DNA from: Selaginella moellendorffii
Lineage: Eukaryota > Plantae > Lycopodiophyta
DNA: 64,000 bases
Assembly: GCF_000143415.4 (NCBI RefSeq)
Contig: NW_003314334.1
Span: 248,001 to 312,000 of the forward strand
Reading direction: 5' to 3'
Shown here piece by piece: positions 49,701-60,430 of the stretch (positions within the stretch are counted from its first letter, which is position 1; each line of letters begins with the position of its first letter). A program made the position numbers and the translations under genes. Under the pieces are notes generated by a model. That model was not told the origin of the DNA, searched no databases, and saw only the letters and a program-made list of their open reading frames with translations.

Positions 49701-51215
49701 ATCACGTTGAGCATCCCACCATGCTTGTAGCAGCAGCGGGCCTATGGTCTCCCAGTGCTCCTCGAAGAAAATGGGCAAGAGGCCATCGATACCTGGCTGC
49801 TTGTCGTTGCTGAGCTTCCCGAGCGCTTCCCGAAGCTCCTCCAGTGTGAGGTCCGTCTTCAGTGAGTCGTGCCACTCATGGGGGACTCGCTGGGGAAGGG
49901 ACGCAAGCACTTCCACCGCCGCCCTTTCCCTCTCTGGAGTCCACTGCTGGGCCGTATATAGAAGTTGGTAAAACTCCTGGGCGAGCTGTTGCATCCCCTG
50001 TTGGTCCTCGATGACTCGCCCGTCACTGTGCTTCAGTCCTAGAATGGGAGGAGAGTCCGTCACTGGCCTGATTCCCCTAAAGAAAGCCTTGTTGAGAAGG
50101 CGTTCATTCAGGGCCCATCCATCTTCCATGGCCCGGACGCCCTTGCTCCATGCAGCGTACTCCATGTCACGTAGCTCGGCTTCACGTTCATCCAGTATTG
50201 TTTGCCACTTGAGCTCATCTTGCGTGTTCAGCAACATCCTGTGTGCTGCTGCGACCTTCTTCCTGGCCAGTCTAAGGTCCTTCATCACCACCCCTTTGAG
50301 ATCCTTCTGGCGCGCCCGGAGCTTCTGTGAGCAAGACAAGAGCACAGGGATCAGTCCCAGCTTGTTCTGCGCAAGGGCGTCATGTATAAGCCCAATTGCC
50401 ACCGGGTCTCGCAGCGTGGCTCTAGTGATTGATCGCTGGACCGCTGTCCCTTTGTCCCTTTGGAGCTGGATCACGCATCTGAGGGGGTCGTGATCTGAGA
50501 AGGAGGCAAATCCCAGCCACGTTTTTAGGCTTCCCCCATCCTGCCGTATGCGAGACGAGGCGTAAATCCGGTCCAGTCTCGACTGGGAGGATACTGTCTG
50601 TCGCCTTGTAAAAGGGTGAGCATGAGGTGCGAATCCCGCAGCATGCTGGAGGTCCATGAGCCCCAGTATGTCCATGAGCTGACTCCACTGCTTCTGTTCA
50701 CGTGGCTGAATTGTTTCCTGCATACCCCTGCGATCGCAGACGTCCTCGACCATGTTGAAATCTCCCAGGACCAGCCATTCATCTGCTTGCCCCTGTGCAG
50801 ACTGTAACACACTCAGCCAGAATTCTGCACGTCTCCCTTTCTTCGTTGGTGCATAGACGTTGATTATCCCCACCCGTCCAAAGTGGAGGTGAAGGACAAG
50901 CAATTGAGCCTTTCCTGGGACGAGAACAAGGTGGTTTCGTACCTGAGCAGACCATTTGGTTGAGACTACCACTGCTGTGCCCCCTCCTGGTCTGGCCACT
51001 GCTTGCGTGGCCGGGTTCCACCAGAGCCGTCCCCTCATTCCAAAGGTGTAGTCTGGGGCCACAGTCATTTTGTGCTCTTGCAAGCATAGGATGTCGATAT
51101 CTCCTTCTAAGCTGATCTCTCGGATGTGGGACTTGAGCTGCGCCCTTTTGTTGAGTCGACTGCCGGTCCAGCTGAGTCCCCGGCAGTTCCAGGTGACGAG
51201 CGTGAGAGTTGTCAT
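46713..51215 (-). CDS. LINE ORF2: AP endonuclease, reverse transcriptase and C-terminal CCHC (zf-RVT) region, ~1500 aa
   Basis: TWNCRGL, LCLQE, GDFN, SRLDR, SDH; WRPITMLN, DFEKAYD, RQGCPLAP, FADD; CRRC..ETAQHVLWEC. Confidence 0.95.
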   Translation of the reverse strand: MTTLTLVTWNCRGLSWTGSRLNKRAQLKSHIREISLEGDIDILCLQEHKMTVAPDYTFGMRGRLWWNPATQAVARPGGGTAVVVSTKWSAQVRNHLVLVPGKAQLLVLHLHFGRVGIINVYAPTKKGRRAEFWLSVLQSAQGQADEWLVLGDFNMVEDVCDRRGMQETIQPREQKQWSQLMDILGLMDLQHAAGFAPHAHPFTRRQTVSSQSRLDRIYASSRIRQDGGSLKTWLGFASFSDHDPLRCVIQLQRDKGTAVQRSITRATLRDPVAIGLIHDALAQNKLGLIPVLLSCSQKLRARQKDLKGVVMKDLRLARKKVAAAHRMLLNTQDELKWQTILDEREAELRDMEYAAWSKGVRAMEDGWALNERLLNKAFFRGIRPVTDSPPILGLKHSDGRVIEDQQGMQQLAQEFYQLLYTAQQWTPERERAAVEVLASLPQRVPHEWHDSLKTDLTLEELREALGKLSNDKQPGIDGLLPIFFEEHWETIGPLLLQAWWDAQRDGTLPREILEGQIALIPKRGDLQELKNWRPITMLNTSYKVYAKAMTLKLQAVMPLIIREQQTGFVPGRQIAENIWTYLLAQRWAEISNQQTAAWLLDFEKAYDRVDWRFLEECMNTIGIPREMVTRISLLYRGATSRVTINGETGPSFQLGRSVRQGCPLAPYLFLIVAEALGTFLAEGGRIKGLTLPAARQQLPGTTRVSRELLDGAFADDTALFLLATKENMDAAKKALETFNLAAGAAINWNKSVGINWGRPGIESWGQDIGFQWLKPGEDARYLGIQVGTRFSAALQDDTLLRRVRTSIQKWAPRKLGLPARVVVARSIILPGIWYHLSIWPVPERTLRKVRTMVRQYLWRGALVTGRSMAKVAWQSTARPRVLGGLGVIDPSDMAKALRYKILLMGLQPGNQPWRLMFRQNLLAIRPKHNTARPWEEDPRWLFAEGPKQVVKGGTLVQGLLRLWSAFPVSRELPGRAEDWLNQPLFFNDLFKLDDRTLGREDHYTIWRKLHSAGFRTLKQLVRVLDKDRRKTTRHMQVFNPGRWRKVHLDLLRIIRAVSEAKQGQLWPRRCLKSGDFVALQRDVESDRERVSLGAWTRAFTAPTPAWEDRDVEVWFVVSPDQNVGRPFRVLRGDMLLPAGDEQVMPMVTDDEVKGRIRVIRQAPKQSVVVQSLAALEGEGILRWWRQQLIEDLDWDPAAWKRGARSFFSFGVKEARDGLLTSREEARGEIPKLWKKWIKQGVEANQVVGNTLAFWKLPVQEKVKATSWLVANNGLPVGQRFQEEACRRCKECGELETAQHVLWECDVAREVWRQIFKATQELGDIPEFEARSGDILHWFEGARGPAIGPAWRRIRCYGRHRWNMRVRWDVTGAEVGMSIWEALGQERWSIWRATGLQALWEARNHCRFDGQQARISAVVASWWRLTLAAVRLHYTILKERAKPRQLEEWRSRWLPCFGKLGGGEIRWQWRPPDSVLRSARGGDLDIDMIRSRRPRPLLLQD

Positions 51216-54200
51216 GGAGCCACGTACTTCCAAGAAAGTGAGGAGTTACGGGGTCTCGCCCTCCATTCTGTGGAGATGGTCCACACCGCAGTCATCTTCC
51301 CCCTGTGCTTCGTCCAGGAGAAGCCTCGGACAGTGTACTTCGCAAAGCCCGTCCACTCAGTGATAGCACTCTCCATGCGTGTGTGGTAGTCTCCAATAGT
51401 GACGACCTCTGGGAAGGCTGTGTTCCCGCGGCACATCAGCCAGTCTCCCGCCTCTGTGGGACTTAATTCCCGCTTAGGGGGAATCCACCTGACCGCCATT
51501 CCTACTGTTCGAGGGAGGACCGGCTGGAAGCCATCTCCTTCGACATCCGTAATAGGTCCCTCGAACAGTTTGGGCTGTGAGGATGAGCCCAAGAGTGGTG
51601 GGGCGACCGGGAAGCGAATGTGGGGAGCTTGGTCCGGAGGGCGTGCCTTCAAGATCCGCTCCTGCTCTGCAGGTAACTCAAACGGCTTCTGGGATGCCAA
51701 CCTGTTCCGCTTGACTGAGCAGGCCTCCTCCCGGTGTCCAGCGCGCTGGCAAAAGTTGCATCTAGGTTCTGAGTTCTCCGTTTGGATCCTGATATACTGG
51801 CCCAGCACTGCGATCTCTGTCGGGATTTCAGCCGGGGCTGACACGAAAACTTTGAGACGGATGGGACCTAGCACACCCTCTGCTTCTACAGTGTCGAGGC
51901 CGGCCGCTATCTGGCCAATACTTCCTTCAACCAGCTCCTGTATCACCGGTGTGATCCGCATTTCCATGGGAACGTCCCACAATGCAATGTTCACTGGAAA
52001 GCTCCCGCCCTTGAGACGAGCCTGGTCCTCTGCGGTGAACCTTGGGATCCATGGGTGGAATGACACCGCCCAATTCTCGTCAATGAGGCCATGCATGGCC
52101 TCCGCCTGAGACCGTGCCTCCTCTGTCTCAAAGACAACTGTGTAGCAGCCCTTCCCATGCGGCAGCATCTTCTTCATGAGGATTCCCTGGCCCAGCGTTG
52201 CATTGATCCAATCGTTAGCCATGCGACCTGTTGGGAACTTCCCCCTGAAAACAGCAATCAGTGCCTTCTTGCGGAGTTCCTCTTCCTTCTCTGCTACTGC
52301 TCTTTGCAGAGTCTCAGCCAGCTTGACAGGGACGGCCTTTCCTCTCGTGTCGTCGTGGACCAAGTGACTTCCACCTTCCCCTACTGCTGCCACCTTGTGC
52401 TCTTCGGCCTGACCATGTGTTCCCTCGTTCACTTTATGTGAGGTGTACTCCTTGTTAGCATCACTGTTCCCGTCCGAGGAGTGCAGCGCTTCTACCACCT
52501 TTCCGCAGCCCCGAGTCTTCCTCGCTCTCGACTGGGCTTTTGCCACTCGCTCCGGGGTGTCAACCTCCTGGTGCTGGTACGCCCGAGACTCTGTTCTCTT
52601 GTCTGGCAGGGCGTGCTCCTCCTCAAGGAAGGCTTCAACTGTGTTTGTCCAGGCTGGGTCCTCCTTGGCAAGTCTCAGAGTTTTAAGCTTCCGCCGCGTT
52701 GCTCGCTTCACTTTCTTCTTCTCACGCTTGGTCTTCCTCTTGTTGAAGGCATCGCGGTCCTGGAACTGAAGTGTACCATCTGACTGTTCCTCCAGTGAGC
52801 ACTCCGTTTCTGGCTCTGTTTCTGGCTCTCCGAGTCCCACTTCAACTGTTGGTGTTGGCGTGGTAGCCACTTTGCCACCTTGTTCTTGCGCCCATGCATC
52901 GAAGAGGTCCGCTTGCTGTGTGGCCACTGCCTTCGTGATTATCCCTTGAGCTTCACGCAGTGCAGGGCCCAACACGAGGTCCTCTCCCAAAGGACTCAGA
53001 TCCAGCTCTCTGATCGTGCACATCAGGGTTGACTGGAGTTCTTTGCGTACGGGAAGCGGAGAACTTTGGATCCTTTCCTCAAAGTGGTGGGGGTCCCAGA
53101 CCAGCCTCCCTGCCTTGTCGAGTCGTGGGAGTGGAGAGGGAAGCGACTCCTTCTGCTCCTCGTGTGGTGTTGTGGGAGAGTCCGGATCTGATTTCCTCAC
53201 TTGTTGTAAGTGCGCAGGGTCCACCTGGTGTGTTTCCTCCTGTACTCTTGCATGTACTAGATCAGGGATGAGCCCGGCCACGTCTGTAGGAGTTTCTGGG
53301 TGGGACAGGGGGTTCCCACCAGCTGGGCATGAACTTGACGCATTCCCGTAAGCAGGGAGTGTGCCAGCTGCGCAGTCCTTCCGAGTCTTAAGGTTCTCTG
53401 TTAGAATTGCGAGAGCTGCACGACGTGCATCCCACAGAGAGATGTTCCCCACGTCTTCCCCCTCATCCAGTTGGTGAGTTAGCTGCGAGACTTCATGCTG
53501 GATTCGCTGTGCTGACTCTCGACACACCTGTTCCGTGAACTGCTCACTGTTCCAAAAGACTATACCACCGCTTGCAGGCTTCGGCAAGAACAAGTGCAGA
53601 CAATCTGTGCTATCTCCACCCTGACTCAAGTCCATGCAGCGCCTCGTCACTGGAGGCTGTGGGCTGGATCGGGGCCTCACACTTGAGGAACGAGCTGGTG
53701 AAGATGGGAGTGAAGCTCTGGGCTTGTTTGTCAGGTCCGACAAGCATCTGTGGGCAAACTTCAGTGTCCGAAGAAGCGGCTCCTTGTTCTGTCCTAGGAC
53801 CACGGCTGAACGGTCTGGCTCTCTAGAGATCTCCTGGCCTGGTTGTGCCTCTGAATGGGGGATTGTGAACTCACCTTCTAGTGAGGCCTCCATGTTGAGC
53901 CTGCAAGACAGAAGTGCATCGTCCTGTTCCCCTCTATTTTTGGACGTTCTGGGTGGGGCAGACTTGAGTTCTCCTGTCCCACGTCCTGGCTTGGCTGCTG
54001 CTGCACGTGCTGCTGCTCTGGTGGTGACCCCTGCCCTGACCCTGGTGTGCCGCTCCTGTACTTCTGTGAGACATCCAACCCTGTGAATCCCTTCAACGGC
54101 GAAAGTGTTTGGGATAAATCCCCGCAAGCCTTCCTGACTTGTAACTGACCCGAGACCCTCACGAAGCTCCTGGACTCCAGCCAGTGCCCAAGCAAGTGGG

Positions 54201-54244
54201 TGAGGGGAGGTAGCTTCGTCCTCTCCACCACTCTCAGTGGGCAT
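51212..54244 (-). CDS. LINE ORF1 (RRM/DUF4283-like region and zinc knuckle), ~1010 aa from first ATG, possibly 5'-truncated
   Basis: CNFCQRAGHREEAC knuckle; the frame is open to the 5' edge of the element; the stop overlaps the ORF2 ATG (ATGA). Confidence 0.8.
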   Translation of the reverse strand: MPTESGGEDEATSPHPLAWALAGVQELREGLGSVTSQEGLRGFIPNTFAVEGIHRVGCLTEVQERHTRVRAGVTTRAAARAAAAKPGRGTGELKSAPPRTSKNRGEQDDALLSCRLNMEASLEGEFTIPHSEAQPGQEISREPDRSAVVLGQNKEPLLRTLKFAHRCLSDLTNKPRASLPSSPARSSSVRPRSSPQPPVTRRCMDLSQGGDSTDCLHLFLPKPASGGIVFWNSEQFTEQVCRESAQRIQHEVSQLTHQLDEGEDVGNISLWDARRAALAILTENLKTRKDCAAGTLPAYGNASSSCPAGGNPLSHPETPTDVAGLIPDLVHARVQEETHQVDPAHLQQVRKSDPDSPTTPHEEQKESLPSPLPRLDKAGRLVWDPHHFEERIQSSPLPVRKELQSTLMCTIRELDLSPLGEDLVLGPALREAQGIITKAVATQQADLFDAWAQEQGGKVATTPTPTVEVGLGEPETEPETECSLEEQSDGTLQFQDRDAFNKRKTKREKKKVKRATRRKLKTLRLAKEDPAWTNTVEAFLEEEHALPDKRTESRAYQHQEVDTPERVAKAQSRARKTRGCGKVVEALHSSDGNSDANKEYTSHKVNEGTHGQAEEHKVAAVGEGGSHLVHDDTRGKAVPVKLAETLQRAVAEKEEELRKKALIAVFRGKFPTGRMANDWINATLGQGILMKKMLPHGKGCYTVVFETEEARSQAEAMHGLIDENWAVSFHPWIPRFTAEDQARLKGGSFPVNIALWDVPMEMRITPVIQELVEGSIGQIAAGLDTVEAEGVLGPIRLKVFVSAPAEIPTEIAVLGQYIRIQTENSEPRCNFCQRAGHREEACSVKRNRLASQKPFELPAEQERILKARPPDQAPHIRFPVAPPLLGSSSQPKLFEGPITDVEGDGFQPVLPRTVGMAVRWIPPKRELSPTEAGDWLMCRGNTAFPEVVTIGDYHTRMESAITEWTGFAKYTVRGFSWTKHRGKMTAVWTISTEWRARPRNSSLSWKYVAP

Positions 54245-54621
54245 CTCGTCTCTGGCTTGGCTTTTACTTCCAGCTTGTTCCAGGACCTGTCCATCCCCCA
54301 GCCCTGAAACATCCACCACTTCTATCCCGCAATCTCTACGTTTGCAACACTGGAGCTGATATTTGTTTTTGTGCTGAGACTGGGCATTGTTCCCGCATTT
54401 TACCGGTGAATCTTCGCAAAGCAAGCCACTATCTAATGCCAATTTGGCATTAGATGTCCTTTGGCATTGCCAAAGGACATTCAGCTCGCCCGTCACATCC
54501 GTGGTGAGAGGGCTTATCTTACTGCATTAAGATATCCATTGTGTCAAGGACACACGTTTTGAACATTTCTAAAGCACCAATGCTGGACTTCAAAAGCCCA
54601 TCAGATCTGCAATAGAGAAGT

Positions 54622-55460
54622 ATGGCTGGAAGCGGCAATCTCCCCGTGCTCGTTCTTCTTCTGTTGGCCTCGTTATCCTGTGAGAGAGATCTCCACTTGT
54701 ATGTTCGATTCTAACTCGGACTCCTGTTCTTGCAGCTGCTCAAGGTGGTGTCGTCGAGGTTTGCAATGGTGACCTCACCTATACCGATTGCAGCAACTGC
54801 TGTAGTCTGAAGAAAGGTTGTGTCTATCTGCAACCTGGTTCAGGACAAGTCACTTGCATTGGCGGTGATTCAAGGGCTTGTACCCGGGAGTGCCAAGGTC
54901 CGAAGTTGGCCGTATGCCCATTGCCTTCATCAGGATTCCCAACATCAGGCATCAAGGTGCTCAAGGGAAAACTCCCACCCCGACAACCTGGATGCGGTTA
55001 CTACAACATCGTTAACGGTGACCCCATCCCGCGGCTGGAGCAGCAGGGCACAGATCAAGGTAACCGCCTTGTTCATTATGTTCAGGAAGCTCAGCCCTCT
55101 CCGATAGAGCTCATGGCAGGAAGGAAGTGTAAGCTTGATTCGATTGTGGAGGTCTGCAATGCCGAGGTCTCCAAAGATAACTGTGGTTGCTGCTTCGGGA
55201 AATCCGGTTGCATCTACTTGGAGAATCCATCCGCAAACAGCACCTGCCTGCCTACTGAAGACCCCATGGGGGTTTGCGCCCTCGTTTGCCTGCCCAGAGT
55301 GTCCATTTGTGCCAAGTCTGTAACTTTTCAGGGCACCACCCTGCAGTCTTGCAGGAATGCACGCCGCAGCTGCGAGGACATGAAAGAGGGCTGCAGTCTC
55401 TACGATCGCAACACCGGAGCTGATCTCTGCGCTGCAGGGGGTATCGCTCTGCCTGTCTAG
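54622..55460 (+). CDS. Pin-II-like inhibitor gene (copy 4, P1 Arg); exons 54622-54679 and 54736-55460
   Basis: GT-AG intron 54680-54735; open frame to TAG. Confidence 0.75.
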
Positions 55461-55675
55461 TCTAGTTGCTGAAACTAGTTATGGGCATTACTATTATGAA
55501 TGAATAAGGCTGCTTGCTATAATCCATTGTTCTCAAGACTGAAGTAAACAATCCTAGGCTCTCAAATCTACTATAGATCTAGAAACTTCAGAGACTCCAC
55601 TATAGAGAGGCATTGTATGCATACCTTGCAATCAAAAGCTTTGCTTGTTCCCAATTTGAGGTGTGTTGGATTGCT

Positions 55676-57980
55676 AAGTACCAAATCCTTGTTCTCGGGA
55701 TCCATCACCCAGTCCATCCACAGGACAACTCCATGGCAGAGCCCAGTCTTTACAACGCTAACCTGTGCAAAAGTAGCAGAAAACATTAAGTGGTACCAAA
55801 GAGGACAGAATTGAATAACCTTTGCAAATCCACTTAGACTCTTCCTGACGCATGTTGAACTCGAGCAGCGAAAACGGTTTTGTCAATGACCTGTGATCAA
55901 AGCCATCGACTTCTTCAAGGCGACAGCGGCTTTGCCACAAATCCTGATTTAGCCAACATGAAACCAAAGTCACTGCAGAGAAAATAATCAACTTACAGGA
56001 AGATGACAAGCCATCCCATAGAGAATTCCAAAGCAGGGAACTATAATAGGGTTCTCTGATAGCAACGGACTTAGCGTCGTTCTCTCGTACCTGGATTCTC
56101 ACTGCTTTAAAACAACTTCCAACTCTTTAGAAAACGAAACGAAAACGAACCAAAACCGAAGCTGCTTCCACGGCAACGCATGCTCGTACGTGGCGTAATA
56201 AGGCTCCCCTAGAAGAACATCCACCTGTCGCGAAAAGAAAGAAACCCGTCCATATCCAATGGAGTTGCAAGACTGTATACTTTATGCCCCTTGAAATCGT
56301 CCCCAGTGAGATGCTTGCCGTCTTTGTGTATAATAGACAGCTTGCTCGCGACGCTCTCCAAGTACTTCAAGCCATCTCTTCTACAGCCTGGAAACAAGCC
56401 AGCCACATGGCAGGATCCATGCGCTGTAGATAGAGCACACACGGCGCTCATCAGGCCGTCATCCCGAATGAGACAGTTTCCAAGTTCTCGTTCTCCAAGC
56501 TGGACAGAAAGAAAAAGAAACAATCGTACTCACAGATTCAAAACACACTTACAGCTTTCTGAATGGCAGACTGTATGATAGAACGCCTGCTACCGTCACC
56601 AAGCATGCGACACCTTTGTAGGCTCAGCTCGAAACCAGACGCTGAACTATTACAGCGTACACCATTGATGTCATACCGCACTGACGCTTCATCATGGCTG
56701 ACTACGACGCGAAGCTCCGACTGCTCCTCCACCGAAACACCTTGTCCAGGAAGAAACCACACACATTGTTTCCAATGGTCACACCACTCGCTTGCCCCTG
56801 AGAACACAAATCTGCGGAGTTACTCAAAGAATCGAACAGGAAAACAAACCTCTGATCCAACGAGGAGCAGTTGAGTAGCAAACCAGGCCATCTTTGTCAA
56901 GCTGCAGCACCCACCTTGTCAAGTTCAAGCAGAGAAGAAAGCGAACCAAGAAGTAGCGAATCCGAGCAAGTTTCGTACCATGAAACTATTGCGTGAGCAG
57001 TCCCAGAGAAGTTGACATGCACGGCTTGATTAAATTCTCCACGCACATCTGGAGCTCTATAGAAGTCAAGAACGAAGGCCTCAAACGGCTCGGAAAGCTG
57101 CAGCGCCACGGGTTTTGGTAACTTGTAAGAGAACTCTACTAAATTACCAGCTTCATACCGGGGATTTCATCAACGTGAAACGCATGCTGTCTGTGCTTGA
57201 AGTAAGAGTAGAAATCATTGGGAGCGAAAGCCAATCCGTCCTGCAGCTGGTCTTCTACCCCTTGAAGGTCGTGCAATCTCCAGAGAAAGTCGCTCTCGAC
57301 TAGCTAAGAGAAAGAAGTAAACTCAACACTGAGCTAAGAAAAAAGACTTTGCTATATACCTGGGCATACACAGTAGCTCGATATGGCACTGTGGCAGCAT
57401 TAGGCCGGAGTAAATGCTCATGAGCGTTCCTTAGACTTGGAATGATCCCTTCTCCAAGCAACTCCGAGTCTAAAATCTCACACACCTGGAGAGACAAAGA
57501 GTCCAGAGGAAACGAAGAAGAAGAATGTGTACAGACTTAGCGTACCAATGCATCGGCTTTGCTAGAGATGTCCACCCCGACTTTGATCTCATCCGAGCCC
57601 ATATGGAGCAGCTTGATCGCTCCCATCGTCCCATTGTCTCGGCAAACTTTGCGAGCCAGCTTGTACATTGGAAGAAAAGATTCGCAAGCAGTCACCTGGC
57701 ACTGCTCTTCCATTGCCCGCCAAGCCATGAGCGACAAGAGCCCAGTGCCAGCACTGTCAAGAACGAGCTCAGGAAACGAAAGAAGGATCTCTCTAGCCTC
57801 ACCCAATGTCCAGGACATGGCCATGGCGGCCGACCTTCGCGATTGCTGAAGAGAATGCCCTGTTCCTGGCGCGATCATTCAGCATGTCAAGATACGAGCT
57901 CTCTGCCAGGGGATCGCTCGCATCGCCGCCGTCGCCTCCATCGCCAACGAGAATCCATTCGCTCTCCCCCGTGAGCGCAT
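55676..57980 (-). pseudogene. PRMT7: PRMT7 homolog (copy C)
   Basis: 19-bp deletion right after the ATG (AATGC microhomology); same 3' truncation as copy A. Confidence 0.85.
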
Positions 57981-58020
57981 TGCTTCCTTCTAAAACCCTA
58001 AACTCACAAAGAATGAAAGA

Positions 58021-59290
58021 ATGACTGGGTGCTTGGAGCTCATCCATTGCTGTGCAACTCCATCTCAAGCTCTCCAAGCTCACTCCAGGATCCAATCCAT
58101 CACTAGCGGCGACATCTTCCTTTGCAACAAGCTCATCCAGATGTACGGGAGGTGCTCTACTGTCTCTAATGCCCGCCGCGTGTTTGACTCGCTCCCCAGA
58201 AAAGATTCCTTCTCCTGGGATCTCCTGCTCAATGCCTACGTACTGAACGGGGTTTTGGAGGAAGCCCAGAGAATCTTTGCCCCACAAGAGCGTCATGCCT
58301 TGGAATGTGCCCTTGGCGGGATATGCCCGGACTGGGCATATGCAAGAGTGCGTCAAGATGTTCGAGTCTGCGGCATGCTCCGAGAATGGACGGCTGGATC
58401 TCTCCCAGCAGCTGTTTGGCAGTATTCCTTTGATGTGGCGACGTGGAATGGCATGCTGGCAGCGTATGCCCGTGCCGGTCGTGTAGAGGAATCTACAAAC
58501 TTCCTAGAAGAGATGCCAGAAAGAAGCCTGGTTTCATGCACAACAACCATGTTTTTAGGGACATTGTCTCCTGGAACTCAATGTTTGCGGCATATGCCAG
58601 TCACAGTTGCATAGAGCAGTCAACGTGCGTGTTTGAGAAAATGCCACAGAGGGATCTTGTGTCATGGACCACAATGCTGCTCTTGAAAAGCAAGTGTGGC
58701 GTACGGAATCGAGGAGATACAGCACAACTTCAACCCCGTGCCAGAGCAAGGCCTCCTATCCTTCAACACAATGCTCTCGGCATATTCTCAGCATGGGCAT
58801 CTGACCAAGGCCATAAGAATGTTTGTAAGTCTCCCCCAACACGAATCTGCCACGTGGAATACTGTGCTGACAGCATATGCCGGTAATGGGCATCTGGGCA
58901 GAGATTTGAAGCTGCTGGCCCTGATTCCCGTGCCTGACATGGTTTCATATGCCGGGATGCTGGTAGCCCTAGCTCATTTGAGGCATTGGAACTGTTTGGT
59001 TCTCTAAAGACACTCCACCTCCCGGACTTGACGTGCTTTGTTTTGGGTCTGGTGGCTTGCAGCCATACTGGAAATGTGAGGCGAGGAAGGTAGTGCCTTT
59101 GCTTCAGTGGTAGCAGACTATGGAATGGAGCCAACCAAGCAACACTATCGATGCTTTGTGTGGGCCGGTCAGGGCATCTTAATGAGGCCATTGCAAACCT
59201 GCCATATTTTGGAGTGGACTAGCTTGCTTGGGCCAGCCATAGAGTCTTACAGAACGGGGGCCGTGCTGCAAACATGGTATTCAGGATGAA
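58021..59290 (+). pseudogene. PPR pseudogene (copy C)
   Basis: Same frames as copy B; C-terminal YGMEPTKQHYRC motif. Confidence 0.8.
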
Positions 59291-59465
59291 TCCAGAGCAG
59301 GGAGGAGCGTATGCATTGTTATCCACACTTATGAACCAGTAACACTGTCGTTATAAACACATGATCATCATCGTACAAATAACTTTTCTAGCTAGCGGAT
59401 AGTGGTCATATTGTAGCATTTGGATTGGCAGCCTTTAGAAAGGCTGACATGGGAAAATTAATCCT

Positions 59466-60430
59466 ATGTTACTAAGGTCATTGTTTTCATCAAGTCTTTC
59501 TTGTTTTTTCCATGGCTTTCCGTTCATTCTTTTCAATTCTCCTTGGGTTGCTATTCAAGGTGGTGATAGTGCCAAAAAATTCAATGGCACTTGTGTTCCT
59601 CCGGCAATCTTTAGCTTTACTGATTCACTCTCTGATACTGGCAACCGCAACCTTGAAGCAATTGCTGCTGGCGCTTTTAGTCTCTCTGGAAATTTGCCAT
59701 ATTGAGTGACACTTGGAAAAGCCACAGGGGATGGATACATTTGTATTGATTATTTAGCTTGTTCTCTCAAGCTTGGAGATTTTGAGCGTCCTAGCTTGAC
59801 TTACAATGGAACTTATTTTATGGGCTTGAATTTGGAGTGACTGTTCGTCCAACTAGTATTATAATACTTCTTTCTCATGTTTTATCTACGCAAGTTTCAG
59901 GTTTTCTATGACATAAACAATATTACAACTTCATAAAGATAAAGCACTTTATTATATTGGTAATAATCCTAATTATGGTATGCAATATGGAAAATATCAA
60001 TTCCATCTGTGATGGCTGGCATTAAATCTAGTATTATGGATTTATATAATTCTGGTGCCAAACATTTTCTGGTGATGAATCTTCCTCGTCAAGATTGTTC
60101 TCGTGGCTATTTACAAGAGTTTGTTGATATTGGGGGTATGCAATATGTTATTGAGCTTACAAATATTATTAAGCTATTTTGGATATCGTGAATGATATTA
60201 AAAATCAGAACGATGATATTGAACTATACTATCTTGATTGAGCTTATGAAATATGGATCAATATGGATTTAAAACTTATAAAGTGGCTTGTTGCAGTGCA
60301 CCAGGAGATGATTTTCCATTGCAATAATCCAATATTATGTGGATGCGGAACACAAAATGGTACACTATGTGATAATCCAGGTGCACATTTATCTTTTGAT
60401 GGTTACTCAACATTTTATGAGGTTTCTTGA
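59466..60430 (+). pseudogene. GDSL lipase pseudogene (copy C)
   Basis: PAIFSFTDSLSDTGN...LPY* and LYNSGAKHFLVMNLP. Confidence 0.8.

Larger units (their letters stand above)
46605..54328 (-). mobile_element. L1/Tx1-type LINE retrotransposon, both ORFs intact, 17-bp TSD
   Basis: TSD GCAATCTCTACGTTTGC at 46588-46604 and 54329-54345; the empty site is seen in the other segment copies. Confidence 0.95.

Noticed and set aside
46730-54312. Numerous + strand and alternate-frame ORFs within the LINE
   Set aside because: Shadow ORFs of GC-rich coding sequence with no independent motifs
54329-54496. N-terminal 56 aa of the 1094-aa ORF as part of LINE ORF1 or a host fusion
   Set aside because: Lies outside the TSD, starts at GTG and is the antisense of the H3 fragment; chance open frame
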